From the human T2T-CHM13v2.0 reference genome, Homo sapiens: DNA of 64,000 bases. Within the stretch, counting starts at the first letter, position 1; every line of letters starts with the position of its first letter. A model generated the notes under the pieces. It worked only from the letters and a program-made list of their open reading frames with translations, ran no database searches and was not told the DNA's origin. This document shows, one piece after another, positions 16,640 through 30,109 of this stretch. A program made the position numbers and the translations under genes. The DNA is taken from the NCBI RefSeq assembly GCF_009914755.1, contig NC_060933.1, one strand, 5' to 3'.

Positions 16640-18355
16640 GGTCATTACAATTAAAATAAAAACATGCTGTAGTATTTCCCATCTTAAAAAAAAAGGCATA
16701 CTTCTACACCACCACCACCACAGCAACCTCCCCACCGCTACTGCCCCGTTTCTCTCTCTTCCAAACTGTGCCTCCTGCCAGTCCACTCTAACCACAATTT
16801 TACCCCAACACTCTAAACCGCTATAGTCATAGTCATGAGGGTCCTTTCTTTACTAACGGCAAAGGGTTAACACTCAATCCATGATGAGAACCTGAGGCAG
16901 CAGTGTATTGAACCACTCTCCTTCTTAGTAAGTTTCATCATCCGCTTTCAGGACCTCTCTTAACTCTCACCTTATGAGCTATCTGTTCCTCTCCTTTGGA
17001 GCTCCTCCACTTGTCTCAACGTCTTCACTTAAATGTTCCATCAAGTACATTCAACTTAATATGTCAACACCAAAATCCTGATTTCCACTCCTTCTCCTGT
17101 CTTTCTACCTTGTTTGCCTTGCTTGACTCCTCTCTTGCTCTAAACTTCACACCTCTATTATCAGTCAATCCTATTGGCTCTACCTTCAAAACATACCCCA
17201 AATCCAACTTCTTACCACCTCCACTGCCACCAGCCCAGTCCAAGTCCTTGTGATCTCTCACTAGATTATAACCTCCTAAAAGTCTTCCTGTTTTCACCCT
17301 GGTTCCTGTAGTGCAGTGGTTTTCATTAGTTGTTTCATTAGTTGTTCAACCTAGGAACTTGTTAGACATGCAAATTCTTCCCCAACTCCATAACTATTAA
17401 TCACAAACTCTGGGGGTGGGTCATAAAGATTTGTGTATTACCAAGTCCTCCATGTCAAACACCTGAACCACCCCATCTCTCTCCTATTTCCTACCCTGCT
17501 TTTCCCCCTTGTTCATCTTGCCCACCCACACTGGATTCCTTGTGTTCTACAAACATACTGAGAAAGAAACAGAAGTTTTTATCTGAGGAATGCAAACCCC
17601 TTTAAATTATCAGGCTCAGAGAGGCATTTAAAATGTGACATCAGTCACGTCTCATTCCCTCTTGAGCTAAATAATTACCTCTTGAAGCAAATGACTATGT
17701 GGGCTCTGGAATGACACCAAGTAGCCATTAAGATGTCATATAGTAGACATCATAACTTTTACCCTATGTTCAACAGCGTACAGCCAATGGCTAATCAATA
17801 TTATCTCTGGAAACCAATGAGAATACCTGTCAAAACTTTTATCAGCCCACTCCTTGTTCCCCTTTGCCTTTAAAAACCTGCTTGTACCAAACAGAGTACT
17901 CCCCAAGGCAACCTGAAATGGGTCCCTGGCAGCTGTTCTCACTTTGGCTCAAGTAAACTCTTTCGAAATTATATTTTGTGCCTCAGCTTCTTCCCTTTAG
18001 GTTGACATACACTCAAGGACACTATTTCAGGGCCTTTTCATTAGTTGTCCTTCTTCCTGGAAAAGTTGTTCACCCCTCCAGATACTCAAGTCTCTGTTCA
18101 AATGTCACCTCCTCAATGAGCTGAGGCTTTCTCTGACAACCTTATATAAAATAAGAACGCCACCTTCCTGACCTGGTCTCCCCACTATGCAGCATTTTTC
18201 ACCAAAGCACTGATTACCTGGCAGGCAATCTGTATGTTTTCCTATCTCCCTACATTCTACTATGTAAGCCCCATGTGGACACAATCTTGTTTTATCTGCT
18301 GCTATACTCTGAGCAACTGGAAAAGAACCTGGCACTCAGTAGATGTTCAATAATT
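16640..18355 (+). mobile_element. L2 fragments with nested MER5-like MITE (~17315-17450) and LTR
   Basis: ctattggctctaccttcaaaacatac...; ttcaaatgtcacctcctca...; ggcactcagtagatgttcaataa L2 3' end. Confidence 0.75.
17559..18007 (+). mobile_element. ERV1-class (MER4-group) solo LTR
   Basis: TG...CA ends, paired CCAAT boxes, tttaaaaa TATA-like motif, agtaaa signal, tttaggttgaca end. Confidence 0.75.
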
Positions 18356-19706
18356 TGACTTTCTGACATAATAGTTGCCTATGAGAAAAGATACAGAGAA
18401 GTTGAAGAGGAACAACTGATGTTACTTAGGTAATTGCCAAGACAATTTTAGAGCAGAAAAATAAAAAACAAAACAAAATGCTACAAGGTGAATGGGAGGA
18501 GCAAAATGCAGCAATTGACAGTAAAGACTAAGTATGAACAGTTAAGAGTTTCCCAAACACTGGATCAGCAAAGTTTAGGACGCCTTCAGAACTGAGCCCA
18601 GAAAGAATGGTAGGGTTTATAGGAGCCAAAGTAGATAAATACCATGTGCGACACCAGAGAAGGGTAGATACACGAAGTATAGGAAGGGTGTTCATTGTAT
18701 ACAGCATCACCTTAAAGAATAGTTAAAAGATGGTCTAGTGAGACTGGAAAAAGCTGATAAAACTTTAAATAGACTTCTTTCATGCAAGACTTCCTGTTAA
18801 TTGTAATATAATATTAATCTCTATGAGAAGAAGTACAATATGCAGTATTTCCCTGCATTAATCACAGAGTCATTTTTTTTTGTTAATCATGTGTATGTCA
18901 TTGCACACACGGCTTAGCTTCACTTTTGTCACTAGCATATTGTTATCCATTGTTATATTTTGTTGTGATATATGCCTATTAAATTAACATAGTAAGAATA
19001 AAAGACTCTTTTCATTATTATATTTAAACCAAGTCTGAAACTCAAGATTCTAAATACACACAGAGGCCAGGTGTCATTTATCTGATTTTTCAATATTTGC
19101 TAGACTTTGTTTAGGATATCGCAAATATTATAACTGGGAAACAAAATCCTGAAATGCTATTTTCACTACCCCATTCTTTATTCAATTTGTACTAAATATT
19201 ATCACTCAATATGAGAACAATTTAAGCCTACAGTATTTTAAACATCCTTTAAGTGCTGATAAGAATTTTAAGTATTTTGAACCCCTTAAGATGTAGATAT
19301 TTATCTTTAGACTTAGACCTAAATAAACATATTAAAAACAAAAACCATACCACTGCAGTAGCTTAAAGGTACTTCAGAGCTTATCGCCCAGTCCAGCACA
19401 CCTATAAGCCTCACCACCACATGTATAATAAAGAAACCATGACGCCTCAATGTCACATAACTAGTCAAGTACCAAGATCAAAAGTGGAGCTCAAGTCACC
19501 TACCTTCCCAGTGTGCTATCTTTTTATCACACCACAAAAGACTGTGACGTTTTAATTGGAAAACCTGAAAAATAAAGAATGTAAAATGTGACAAAATCTG
19601 GGGTAAATCAACTCCAATAGCCTTTAAAACACATGGTTAGCAAAAGTTAAATACTTTTTTTCTTTCTACAAAAGAGGCAAGACAAATCAAGTGTAAAAGC
19701 TAGAGA

Positions 19707-19712
19707 TTTATT
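19707..19712 (-). terminator. UBQLN1: Distal UBQLN1 polyadenylation signal AATAAA
   Basis: Plus-strand TTTATT; U/GU-rich element follows on the minus strand. Confidence 0.75.
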
Positions 19713-21166
19713 GTTATTTTATGATTAATAAATTGTCAAATTAGTTATGACACTATCCCACACTGAATACCACCATTTGCCAGTACAGAAGTTTTTAAAC
19801 CAAACTGAGGCATAAAGCAGAAAGAGCAAAGACACATGAATACCCTTCTTAACAATCTCTTCTACTTATGCCTCCACCGTAACCTTTGTACTTGTTTTCC
19901 TCCTGGGGAAAGTGTCAGAACAGTGCAAGGACTGGTGGGTAACCTGGCCTCTTAACCTTTTTAATAGCAAGCAACATACAGAAGTAATGCAATCAACTTG
20001 TATTTCCCTTGATTTTATTGGTCTGAATTCATTTTAGGTTACTTTAACATTTTAATTTCCTGTAACTGTACATGAGAGAATATAATCACCTAAGAGAATA
20101 CTGAACCAGAGTCAGCCAAATGTATCACTGACCCTCAATTATGTTTTAATTGGTCCTAAAGGAATGTACCACCCCAACAGTTTGGGAGTTAGGCAAACAG
20201 AATTCTTTGGGGGAGGGAAGAAAAAGGCTATAAAACAGCCAAATGTACTCAACATCATTAAAACGGCTCTTTGTTTTTCACCCCTGAATGATACTTCTTT
20301 ACTACACTATATGCACAGAAATCCTAACAGAATCTTGGTTGCCAGTATTATTTAAGCTGGCCCCATCAAGGACAGATTCCGCTGCCCCACCCCCCCACCC
20401 CGTCCCCCTTTCTCTGAGGCTCTGAAAAGCACAATATTTAACTATTTCTTAATAGAACTACCAAAACACTTCAGAAACAATTGGCTCACAACTCATTTTA
20501 AATTTGTGTATTGCCTGTGCATGAGAAAACAGATAAACCCAAAAGATAGTTCTATTTTTTTATGGCGATTAAAAATAACTGAAACATCAAGACACTTTTT
20601 CAGTGAAAGCAACATTTCAATTACAAATTTTAATGCCTGTTAAACTACCTATGGGAGAAGCTGAGAAGTCCTAGGCAAATGCACTTTGGGGTATACTACA
20701 GTGTTCCTTCAGTCTGCACAAAGATTAAGGTAATTTACAGTCAATCTGTGAATGAATGTTGAGACAATGTTACATTATGTGTCTGTACAATTAATTGTCC
20801 TTAAAGAGATAACCAGAATCAGCTTTTCTACTGTATTTTCAACAAACCTGACTAACCGGCACTTTTGCTGGGAGATGTTTGTCAAAGATGCTGTAAGATT
20901 CTATACAATTAGGAAATACTCAGCTTTAAGAGTATTTTCTTATCTTCACTTTTTTAGTTACAGGTGTTTTGCTCAGAGAGCCTATTGCAGTATGTTTCCA
21001 GAAATGCAGTCCCAAATGTGCATACTCTATATTGTATACAAATAAAACAAAATTATCAGTAGTATAAATCTTACAGCATTGTTTGCAAAAATGCATGCCA
21101 AAGTCACAATAAGCAATACTGTACCACAAATTATAGAGTGCAAATGATTTGCTTCTTTTTAATGCT

Positions 21167-21172
21167 TTTATT
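21167..21172 (-). terminator. UBQLN1: Candidate proximal UBQLN1 polyadenylation signal AATAAA (adjacent ATTAAA at 21158-63)
   Basis: mRNA reads UGUAG-AAUAAA-AGC-AUUAAA: a UGUA element directly upstream of tandem hexamers. Confidence 0.6.
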
Positions 21173-21510
21173 CTACATAAATTACTACCATAGGCTAATG
21201 TTTAAAAAGCAAATAAACTGGACAGATGCAGGACAAAATCTGGTCACCCAACTATAAAAGGTGATGTTTTTAAAAAATTACAATAAATGCAGAAGTGATG
21301 CATGCAGTAGCCTTAATTCCCACTGTTCCAGAAAAGAAAAATACAGAAAAACCCACACATCTTACTGTACTCCACCTTAAAATGCATCATATTGGGTTTG
21401 TTTATAACAGCACAGAATTCCAAGAGTCAAAATGAAATAAAGCAGGTATTTTAAAGTTTAAGAGCCGTTATCAAAAATAAATTACATTTTTTCAAGATAC
21501 AGAAATGCTG

Positions 21511-21663
<153 letters not shown>

Positions 21664-21967
21664 CTATTAAAGAAAAAAAAAATTAATCCAACTCTAAAGG
21701 AAGCCAGTCCCTGCCACACATGACTTTTAAAATTTTTTAATTGCTTTTTTATAACATATGCTGATCTACTGAGCTTTAAAAACACTGCCCACCTCTTGAA
21801 ACTTATCCAACATATTTAAAAGTCCATTAGCAGTTTATTTTAAATAGTCTAGTTTGTACCTAAATAATCATGTCAAATAGATCACGACTCTACTTTAGGG
21901 GAGGGGGAGAAAAGCTTAATAAACATCAACCATTATTTTAGAGGATCACGTACATGCAGAAAAACCT

Positions 21968-21987
21968 GTATGTGTGTGTGTATATAC

Positions 21988-22030
<43 letters not shown>
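21968..22030. repeat. Compound (TG)n(TA)n(CA)n microsatellite in UBQLN1 intron 10
   Basis: Seen directly; ~16 CA units. Confidence 0.95.
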
Positions 22031-22032
<2 letters not shown>

Positions 22033-22515
22033 TAGTTCAGAATTAGATGATTTGTGTAGCTACTGACCAATTGAGTAACTATAAAAGCTGGTATCCTCAT
22101 GTATAAAATTCTAAAGCTTCAATGATTCTTCGAATGAATGTGAGTTTAATTTTTGCACTGGACAGTCAATTCTTAGAAAAGAGCTTCAGTTTCAGGCCCA
22201 AAATTATACTCTTAATTCTGACATTTCAGCAGCATCAAATCTTTTCTTCAGAAATGAAGTTAAAAAAAAAAATCTCCATATAAATGACCAATCAATCCTA
22301 GGCCTACCTGATAATTTGGAGGCTTGTAAGTTAACTTATGTCACAATTAATTCTAATACTCCAAATCCTTCTTTCTTATTTATTCCATGAATATTTACTG
22401 AGTACCTACCAAGAGCCAGAAACTATGCTACGCTAGCTTATCAGGAATACAGATATGTATGAGACAGAACCCTACCCTATTTATTATATTTAGTAAGGCT
22501 TGAAAACAGAAAGCA

Positions 22516-22934
22516 GGCCAGGCTCACGCCTGTAATCCCAGCACTTTGGGAGGCCAAGGCGGGTGAGATCGCTTGAGCTCAGGAGTTTGAGACCAACCTG
22601 GGCAACACGGTTGAAACCCCAGCTCTACAAAAAATACAAAAATTAGCCAGGTGTGGTGGTCTGCGCCTGTAATCCCAGCTACTCCAGAGGCTAAGGTGGG
22701 AGGATTGCTGCAGCCCAGGAGGTGCAGGTCGCAGTGAGCTGTGATTGCATCCAGCCTGGGCACTTTGTCAAAAGGGAAAGGGAAAGAAAAAAAAAAAAGG
22801 GAAAGGCAAAGAGGGGAAAGAGGAAAAAGGGGAAAGGGGGAAGGGGAAGAGGAAAGGGAAAAGGGAAAGGGGAAGAGGAAGGAGGAAAAGGAAAGGGGAA
22901 AGGAGAAAGGGAAAGAAAAAAGAAACCCAGAAAA
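22516..22934 (+). mobile_element. AluJ whose tail is a ~165-nt polypurine tract
   Basis: TSD gaaaacagaaagca 22502-15 / 22935-48 encloses both Alu and tract. Confidence 0.9.
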
Positions 22935-23590
22935 GAAAACAGAAAGCACCTAACAGACCTTGAGACATTAAGAAGTTTGGGGACAACCTAATAAAACAGG
23001 TTTAAACTGGCGATCATCTTTATATAATGGCACATTATTAGTAAAACCAATGTATGTTTGTAGATGCAACCACATTATTAGGGGGTCCATATTCTTTAGC
23101 CATATTTACGAGATATATATATATGTAACACAAGCTACCGCAGGAGGTGGTGTCATGGGTGGAGTTAAGGTAGTTAGGACTTTTTTCCAGTCAAAAGACA
23201 GACTAGAATACAGCTGCCCTGGAGGTACTTGGGATAATCAAGTTTCCATTCCTCCCTAAGAACTTTTTTAAAGCAAAATCTATTTCAAATGATTTTCAAA
23301 TAGGAACAAAAAAAATGCATTTTTAAAGGCAATTTCTAAAAAATAAGACTTTAGGTTGTAGCATGTCTTCTCTACAACCGTAACAACGTTTCCTTTAGTG
23401 TCTCAGCACCAAAGTCAACAATTTTTGTAATGCCTGTTTTCTTACTCAATATCCTTAAGACTGTATTTTTCATTAATCTAAACACCTAAGAACTACTGCT
23501 TTCCTTTTTTCTCCCTTTTTCCTTCTTTTTGGAAATTTCTAAATTTCCAACATTAAGGAATACAAAACTTGAATGGAAAAGAACTGATAC

Positions 23591-23759
23591 CTGAGGATTT
23601 ACTCCAGCAAGAGCCTGCAGCATCTGCTGAATAAACTGCTGATGTCCAGGTTCAGTGGTTCCTGCTGTGGGACTTGTGTTTTCACTAGGTGTGGCGTTAG
23701 ATCCATTAGTTCCTGAAGAGCCTCCAGTGCTTCCTAATGCCCCCAAGCCAGGAGTAAAC
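23591..23759 (-). CDS. UBQLN1: UBQLN1 exon 10 (169 nt): [56 protein letters not shown]
   Basis: Core of ORF 23486..23800; TAG/GTATC borders, in phase. Confidence 0.96.
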
Positions 23760-23872
23760 CTACAGAAAGCACAAATAGGAAATATCCTAAGGTCCTGCAA
23801 AACCAGAAGCCAGTCTGTAAATCAGCTACATTTTAATATAAGCTAAGCCATCTTCTTAAAATAAGCCCTTTT

Positions 23873-24662
<790 letters not shown>

Positions 24663-24744
24663 GGCAGGCAGAATAATACTAAATCTGAAATTCTCAGAGA
24701 AAGTAACCATTATACACTTTCATTATCTTCCCCAAATAAGCCTA

Positions 24745-24861
<117 letters not shown>

Positions 24862-26058
24862 CTAAGGAAGAAAGAAAACTAGTGGTTACAAAGGAATTAA
24901 AATCAGTGAACGTAAATTTTTAAATCTTTTCTCTGTTATGCTTCTGGAGAAAATCTAAAACCTTACTCCTGGACACTGGTAATCCATAATTTCTTTCCCA
25001 AAATAAACGCAAGTATCTCCTCTTTGACAGCAAACCTAGTGTGCAAATTATTACTTGACCTCCTCCTAAGTCCATCATGAAAGCCATTTCCATAATGGAA
25101 GAAAATCAGGAGCTACTTTGGAAGCCACAACTATTCCCCTTCTCCAACAGAAGATAAAGTATTACTTCTAAGACACAACCTCCAAAGGCACAATTCTTAC
25201 GACGTGGATATGGTAAAAAGCCACATATTCCACCTAACCAAGTGTTATCTGTTACTGATATAACAATTTTACCAGTAAGGTACACTCTAAAACAACAGTT
25301 CCAAATTTGACGTTAATACATGTATCCTGAGTTTAGCTTTACTACTTCCAAATATACACCACCTGACTAACCAAAGATAGGCTTACATCATTACAATAGA
25401 TCAAGGACACCAACCTTGGAAAATGGTTTACAGGTCTGAGAGTCATTTGCATAATACATGAGGCCCTAGAACTACCAGTTTCAAAACACCAAGACTGACT
25501 TCTCTTTTGTCGTTTTAAATAATAAAATACCATGGCAATCTCAAGTACTCGTTTATACTATAACCTTCCTTACTTCCTTATATGACAACACTGACTATTT
25601 TAATCTTACTAATCCCGAGTTTGAGGAAATGAGATCTACCCCTTGGGAAAAAAAAGCCTTCTACTAATTTGGAAGAAAACCTATAAAATAGAATAGGGTA
25701 GCTCTTTCCTGTTACTCAAAATTAGTTAAACCATAAAGCGTAACATGACACAAGGAAGCACTTCAAAGTTAGTACAATGAAAGGAAATGGTTTATGGTAT
25801 TAACAAAGCATTCAAAATCCTAGGTCCTCAAAAGCAAATGTTCTTTCCTCAGAATGTATGTTTAAGAAACATAAGCAAAAGGTCAGCAGTGAAATGGGAC
25901 TCAGTGAAGATCAAGCTGAATTCTCTACGAATTGACAGCATTATTGGTCTCTATTCTATGTTTTGCTATCAGCCAGAGAAGAGCAAGGAAAAATGTTTAT
26001 CATCAAATTTTTTCAAGCAAATCATTACCCAAGATAGCTAACATCTTGTCTTACTCAC

Positions 26059-26142
26059 TTGTTGGAGGAAAGTTGGGAGCTGTTGTCTCATTTGTTCTTG
26101 AAGCTGAGGATTTCCAGCAAATAGGGGATTATTCAGCATCAT
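26059..26142 (-). CDS. UBQLN1: UBQLN1 exon 8 (84 nt, symmetric cassette): [28 protein letters not shown]
   Basis: TAG acceptor, GTGAGT donor, phase 0/0, 28 codons; known to be skipped in the shorter transcript variant. Confidence 0.96.
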
Positions 26143-28884
26143 CTATGGGGCAAGTGTTCAAACAATTTTAACTGGAAATATCTGAAACAAGTAATGTACC
26201 TTGTTTTATTCTATCTTCCCCCAAGTGCCTCAGCTGGCACTTAAAAGGGAGGAAGGTAGAACATAAATAAAAAAAGGAAAAGGGAAGATACTGTCCACAA
26301 GAGGGATCTCCAGAAGAACAAAAACAAAAAAATGAGGCATATTCTCTCTCAATGAGAATGGTGGTTATGATAATGACATGCAATATCCTAAAAAATAAAA
26401 GCAATCATTTTCTTAGGCTTTTCCTTGAACAAACGTGAATATATGCCATTGAAAGAAAAATGGGAGTAACTGGCATTCATGAAGATATATTTTCTACTAC
26501 ACTGGCAGAATAAACATAAACATCAATACATGAACTATGTAACATGGCTTGCTTAGAAACCTCAACACACAAGTGGCAGGCACAGAGAAAATCTAGATCT
26601 GAAAAGGACCACTACATCTACCTGCCTACTACAAAACAGCTAATATTAGGTCCAAAAAAATAACACCGCAAAACAGCAACCAACTTGCCAGAGAAATGGA
26701 GCTGCTAGGTGAAAATCAGTCAGGCCTAGCACCAACAGTCCTCTGGGAAAAGTATTAAAATGATTTAAGACCTAAAAGATGTAAATCCATTTGAGAACAC
26801 CAAGATTAGCATCTGGATTTCACCTCACTACTACCAGAGATGAGAAAAGTGGCATCTCCTAAACTTCAAATAAACGTTAAGAATTTAAAAATCAGGATCA
26901 TTATTAGTATGATGTCATATACCTGAAAATAAGATTAAAATACACAAGGAGCATAACCAGAGCTAATAAATTCTTGTAGCTTCAAAAGACACATTTTATA
27001 TCATTTTCCCCAGGCGGAGTAAAAAGTCAACTAACAAGGATTTACTGATAGCCTATTTATCTATCCAAAGTCTGGGGAGGAAATGATCCTTGCCCTCAAG
27101 AAGTTAACCGTATTTAAGAGCAATGTAAATGCTGGTAGAGAAAATTCGCCCCAATTCTTGCAAAGTGATCTTTTAGTTAATTTCAATACAATAACAAAAG
27201 CAGATGTCAGACAACCTTTCAGGAACATACAGTATTTATTTCAAAGTGACCAGTAAGTTCACAGTAAGTAAACTCATACAGGCTTAAGGTCAACAAACCT
27301 GCTTCTTTATTGGTTCCAAATACTTATCATCAACATATTAACGAGGTTATCACACATATCTTTTGGAATTCACTTCATTTCATCTTAAAAAAGCATGTCA
27401 TCTTAAACGTATCCTTTCACAGATAATCATCTTATTAGATATTTCTTATAACTTACCTGAGTGCTTACACCACAAGTTTTTACACTCAAGAGTCTTTTTA
27501 AATATTTAAAAATCAAAAGAATAGAAAAACCACAAATTTTAATCTGCAGATAACAAGAACATTGTAATAGTTTCTAAATTATCTGTAATAAAAGACATGC
27601 CAATCTAGTACTAGCAACATTTTGTTTTAGAGTAAAAAAATAGTATGTGAGTGCTCAAGTCACTTTACTAAAGTAAGATTATTACAAAATTGCTACGCAT
27701 GTGCTTGTTAAAGTCAAATTTTAAAAGCAAGATGCACATTCAGTATTAGCCAAATACACACTTAAAATGGCTTATTATGGTAAATTGAAGCATTTAATAC
27801 TAACAACTCAGTCTGATAAGTTTCATATGCATAAATCAATCTTCCATAAAATGTACCTCCAATATACAGAATCACAGACACAAAAATTCTTCTTAAAATT
27901 TGTTATTTCCAATTCCACAAATTTGGTGAGGGCATAAGTTATTACTGAGAATTATACACAAAGATACCTGAATCAATATAGTTTTAGAATTTAGAAAATA
28001 AAAACCATTCATTTGACTTAAAGCTTTTAAAATTTAAGGGATGAGATTAACTATAAAGTCTTCCAAATTCCTGACACACTACAGAAGCCATTTTTAACGA
28101 ACAGCAAATATAAACTACAGATTATCAAGGTTTATTTCACATTCTCCGTGGTTTTTCAAGCCCTGTGGTATGGAACCTAGATAGTACCTAGGCAACTTGA
28201 GGGAGAAAGGGTTATCAGACGCAATTATCTCAAAATCTCTAAGGATGAGGCCCCAACCATCGGTACTGTCTATAAAGCTTCCCAAGTGATCCTGAGTGTT
28301 CAGCCAGCATTAAGATCCCCAATTTTCTTAGCTGTGGTCTCTTTAGAAACAAATTAGAAAAAGGAATACATTAATAAGGGACCTGTATACGATTTTCAGC
28401 AGGGGAATCAATAGTTGAAAGAAGGAGAACATTGTTCTGACAAATTCCCGTCTTTAATAAATGCTATTTTACAACTGCCATTCTGAGCATGACTATTATA
28501 ATCTGAGTGATCTACTAAATAAAAGTATTTCAAATGTATTAACATTGCTCTTAATTGCTTTCAAGATTTACATTTCATTAAGTAGTTTATCTTCAAAAGA
28601 GTGGGCATTCCAGAACTCTGTACTTGTCTCCTAACTCAACATACGTAGAAACAAACTAAACCTGCACTTCTTTCTAGTCAATGAATGGCAGAGATAAAGT
28701 TGTTTTAATTACATATGAAGTATTAATTTACTGCAAAGAAACACACGGTCTAAAAAATTGGAGACACAGTTTACTTATTTTTCTAGTGTATTAAGATATC
28801 ATACACAACACAAATGTGCCAAAATCACAATTACAAGATTAGGTTATTTTAATTCACACTGCACAGTCTTTTTCAATACAATTA

Positions 28885-29064
<180 letters not shown>

Positions 29065-29554
29065 TTAAGGAAAAATACTTAAACAAAAGTTAAAGCTTTA
29101 AAATATAATATGCACTGTGTTTAATTTCACCAAGTACAAATGATTATACATATTATGTATCAACTGAACTACGAAAGAACTTTAAAACTAAAACATCTCT
29201 AAAAGTACATGCCCAACATATACCAGGAAAAGAGGACTGATGAGTTTAAACATTCTGCATTTACAGTAAAATCTTGTCTAATGAAGAGCTAGCTTCTGAA
29301 GTCAACTTAAGGCAAAAATTACGTATGGTCAAAATTACTGCTGAAAAATTCCATAAAGTGAAAAGGACTGAGCCAACTTTTCCTCCAAGACTGCAAAGAA
29401 TTAATTAGAATCATATTCGGCACTTAATATTGCCCACCCTTATGAAAGAAGTAAGCCTTCATGCCCAAGGCAACAAAAGATGTAATGCCTCCACCCATTT
29501 TCACTGTGTACTGCCACTCACTGAGTAAAATGGTAGGCACATTTAACATTTGAA

Positions 29555-29750
29555 ACCATAGAGCACAGTGACTCCAAGCAGTATCAGGAGCCTGATTACG
29601 TGGGTTCAAATCTAATCTAACCCATGTGATCTTGGGCAAGTTATCTAGCGTCTTCATACTTCAGGTTCCCCATCTGTAAAATGGAGAAAGCAGTATCTAC
29701 TTCATAGGGTGGTTGTAAGAAAATTAATGTACAAAGCACTTATGATTATT
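29555..29750 (+). mobile_element. MIR
   Basis: gggttcaaatct...tgtgatcttgggcaagttat...ccccatctgtaaaatgg. Confidence 0.85.
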
Positions 29751-30109
29751 GTTTTTCCTTTTATTGCCAAGGGCTACAGCTGAATTTATGTGAATTCCAT
29801 ATGTGATGACAACTGTATATTTAGGCAAATTTTCTTTGAAAACTAAGTTAATTTGCTTGACTCACACCTAGATCTTCAACTGCCAACTAGATACACTCAA
29901 ACTCAAATATATTCTCAAACTTACTATGCCAAGTCAACTCATTAGGTTTTTCATCTCCTTTCTGCTATTCCATCCAGTTATATCAGGCTTAAGACATCTG
30001 ACTCTTCTCACTTATCTTTCTAGTTTATTATAATTCTGTTTTTAATAGTTCTTGTTTTTCCTATTTTCTCATGTTGTAAATTTTAACTTAGTTTTTTTTT
30101 CACATCCTA

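Larger units (their letters stand above)
19690..21510 (-). other. UBQLN1: UBQLN1 3' UTR (~1.8 kb, no recognisable repeats, AT-rich)
   Basis: Unique sequence from the stop codon to the distal AATAAA; minus-strand AATAAA at 21167-72, 20014-19 and 19707-12. Confidence 0.85.

Noticed and set aside
22524-22991. Five overlapping ORFs on both strands
   Set aside because: Alu plus polypurine tail artefact.
23486-23590. Exon 10 read-through adding a 34-aa basic tail in place of the UBA domain
   Set aside because: Length is within chance expectation and I see no convincing nearby poly(A) support.
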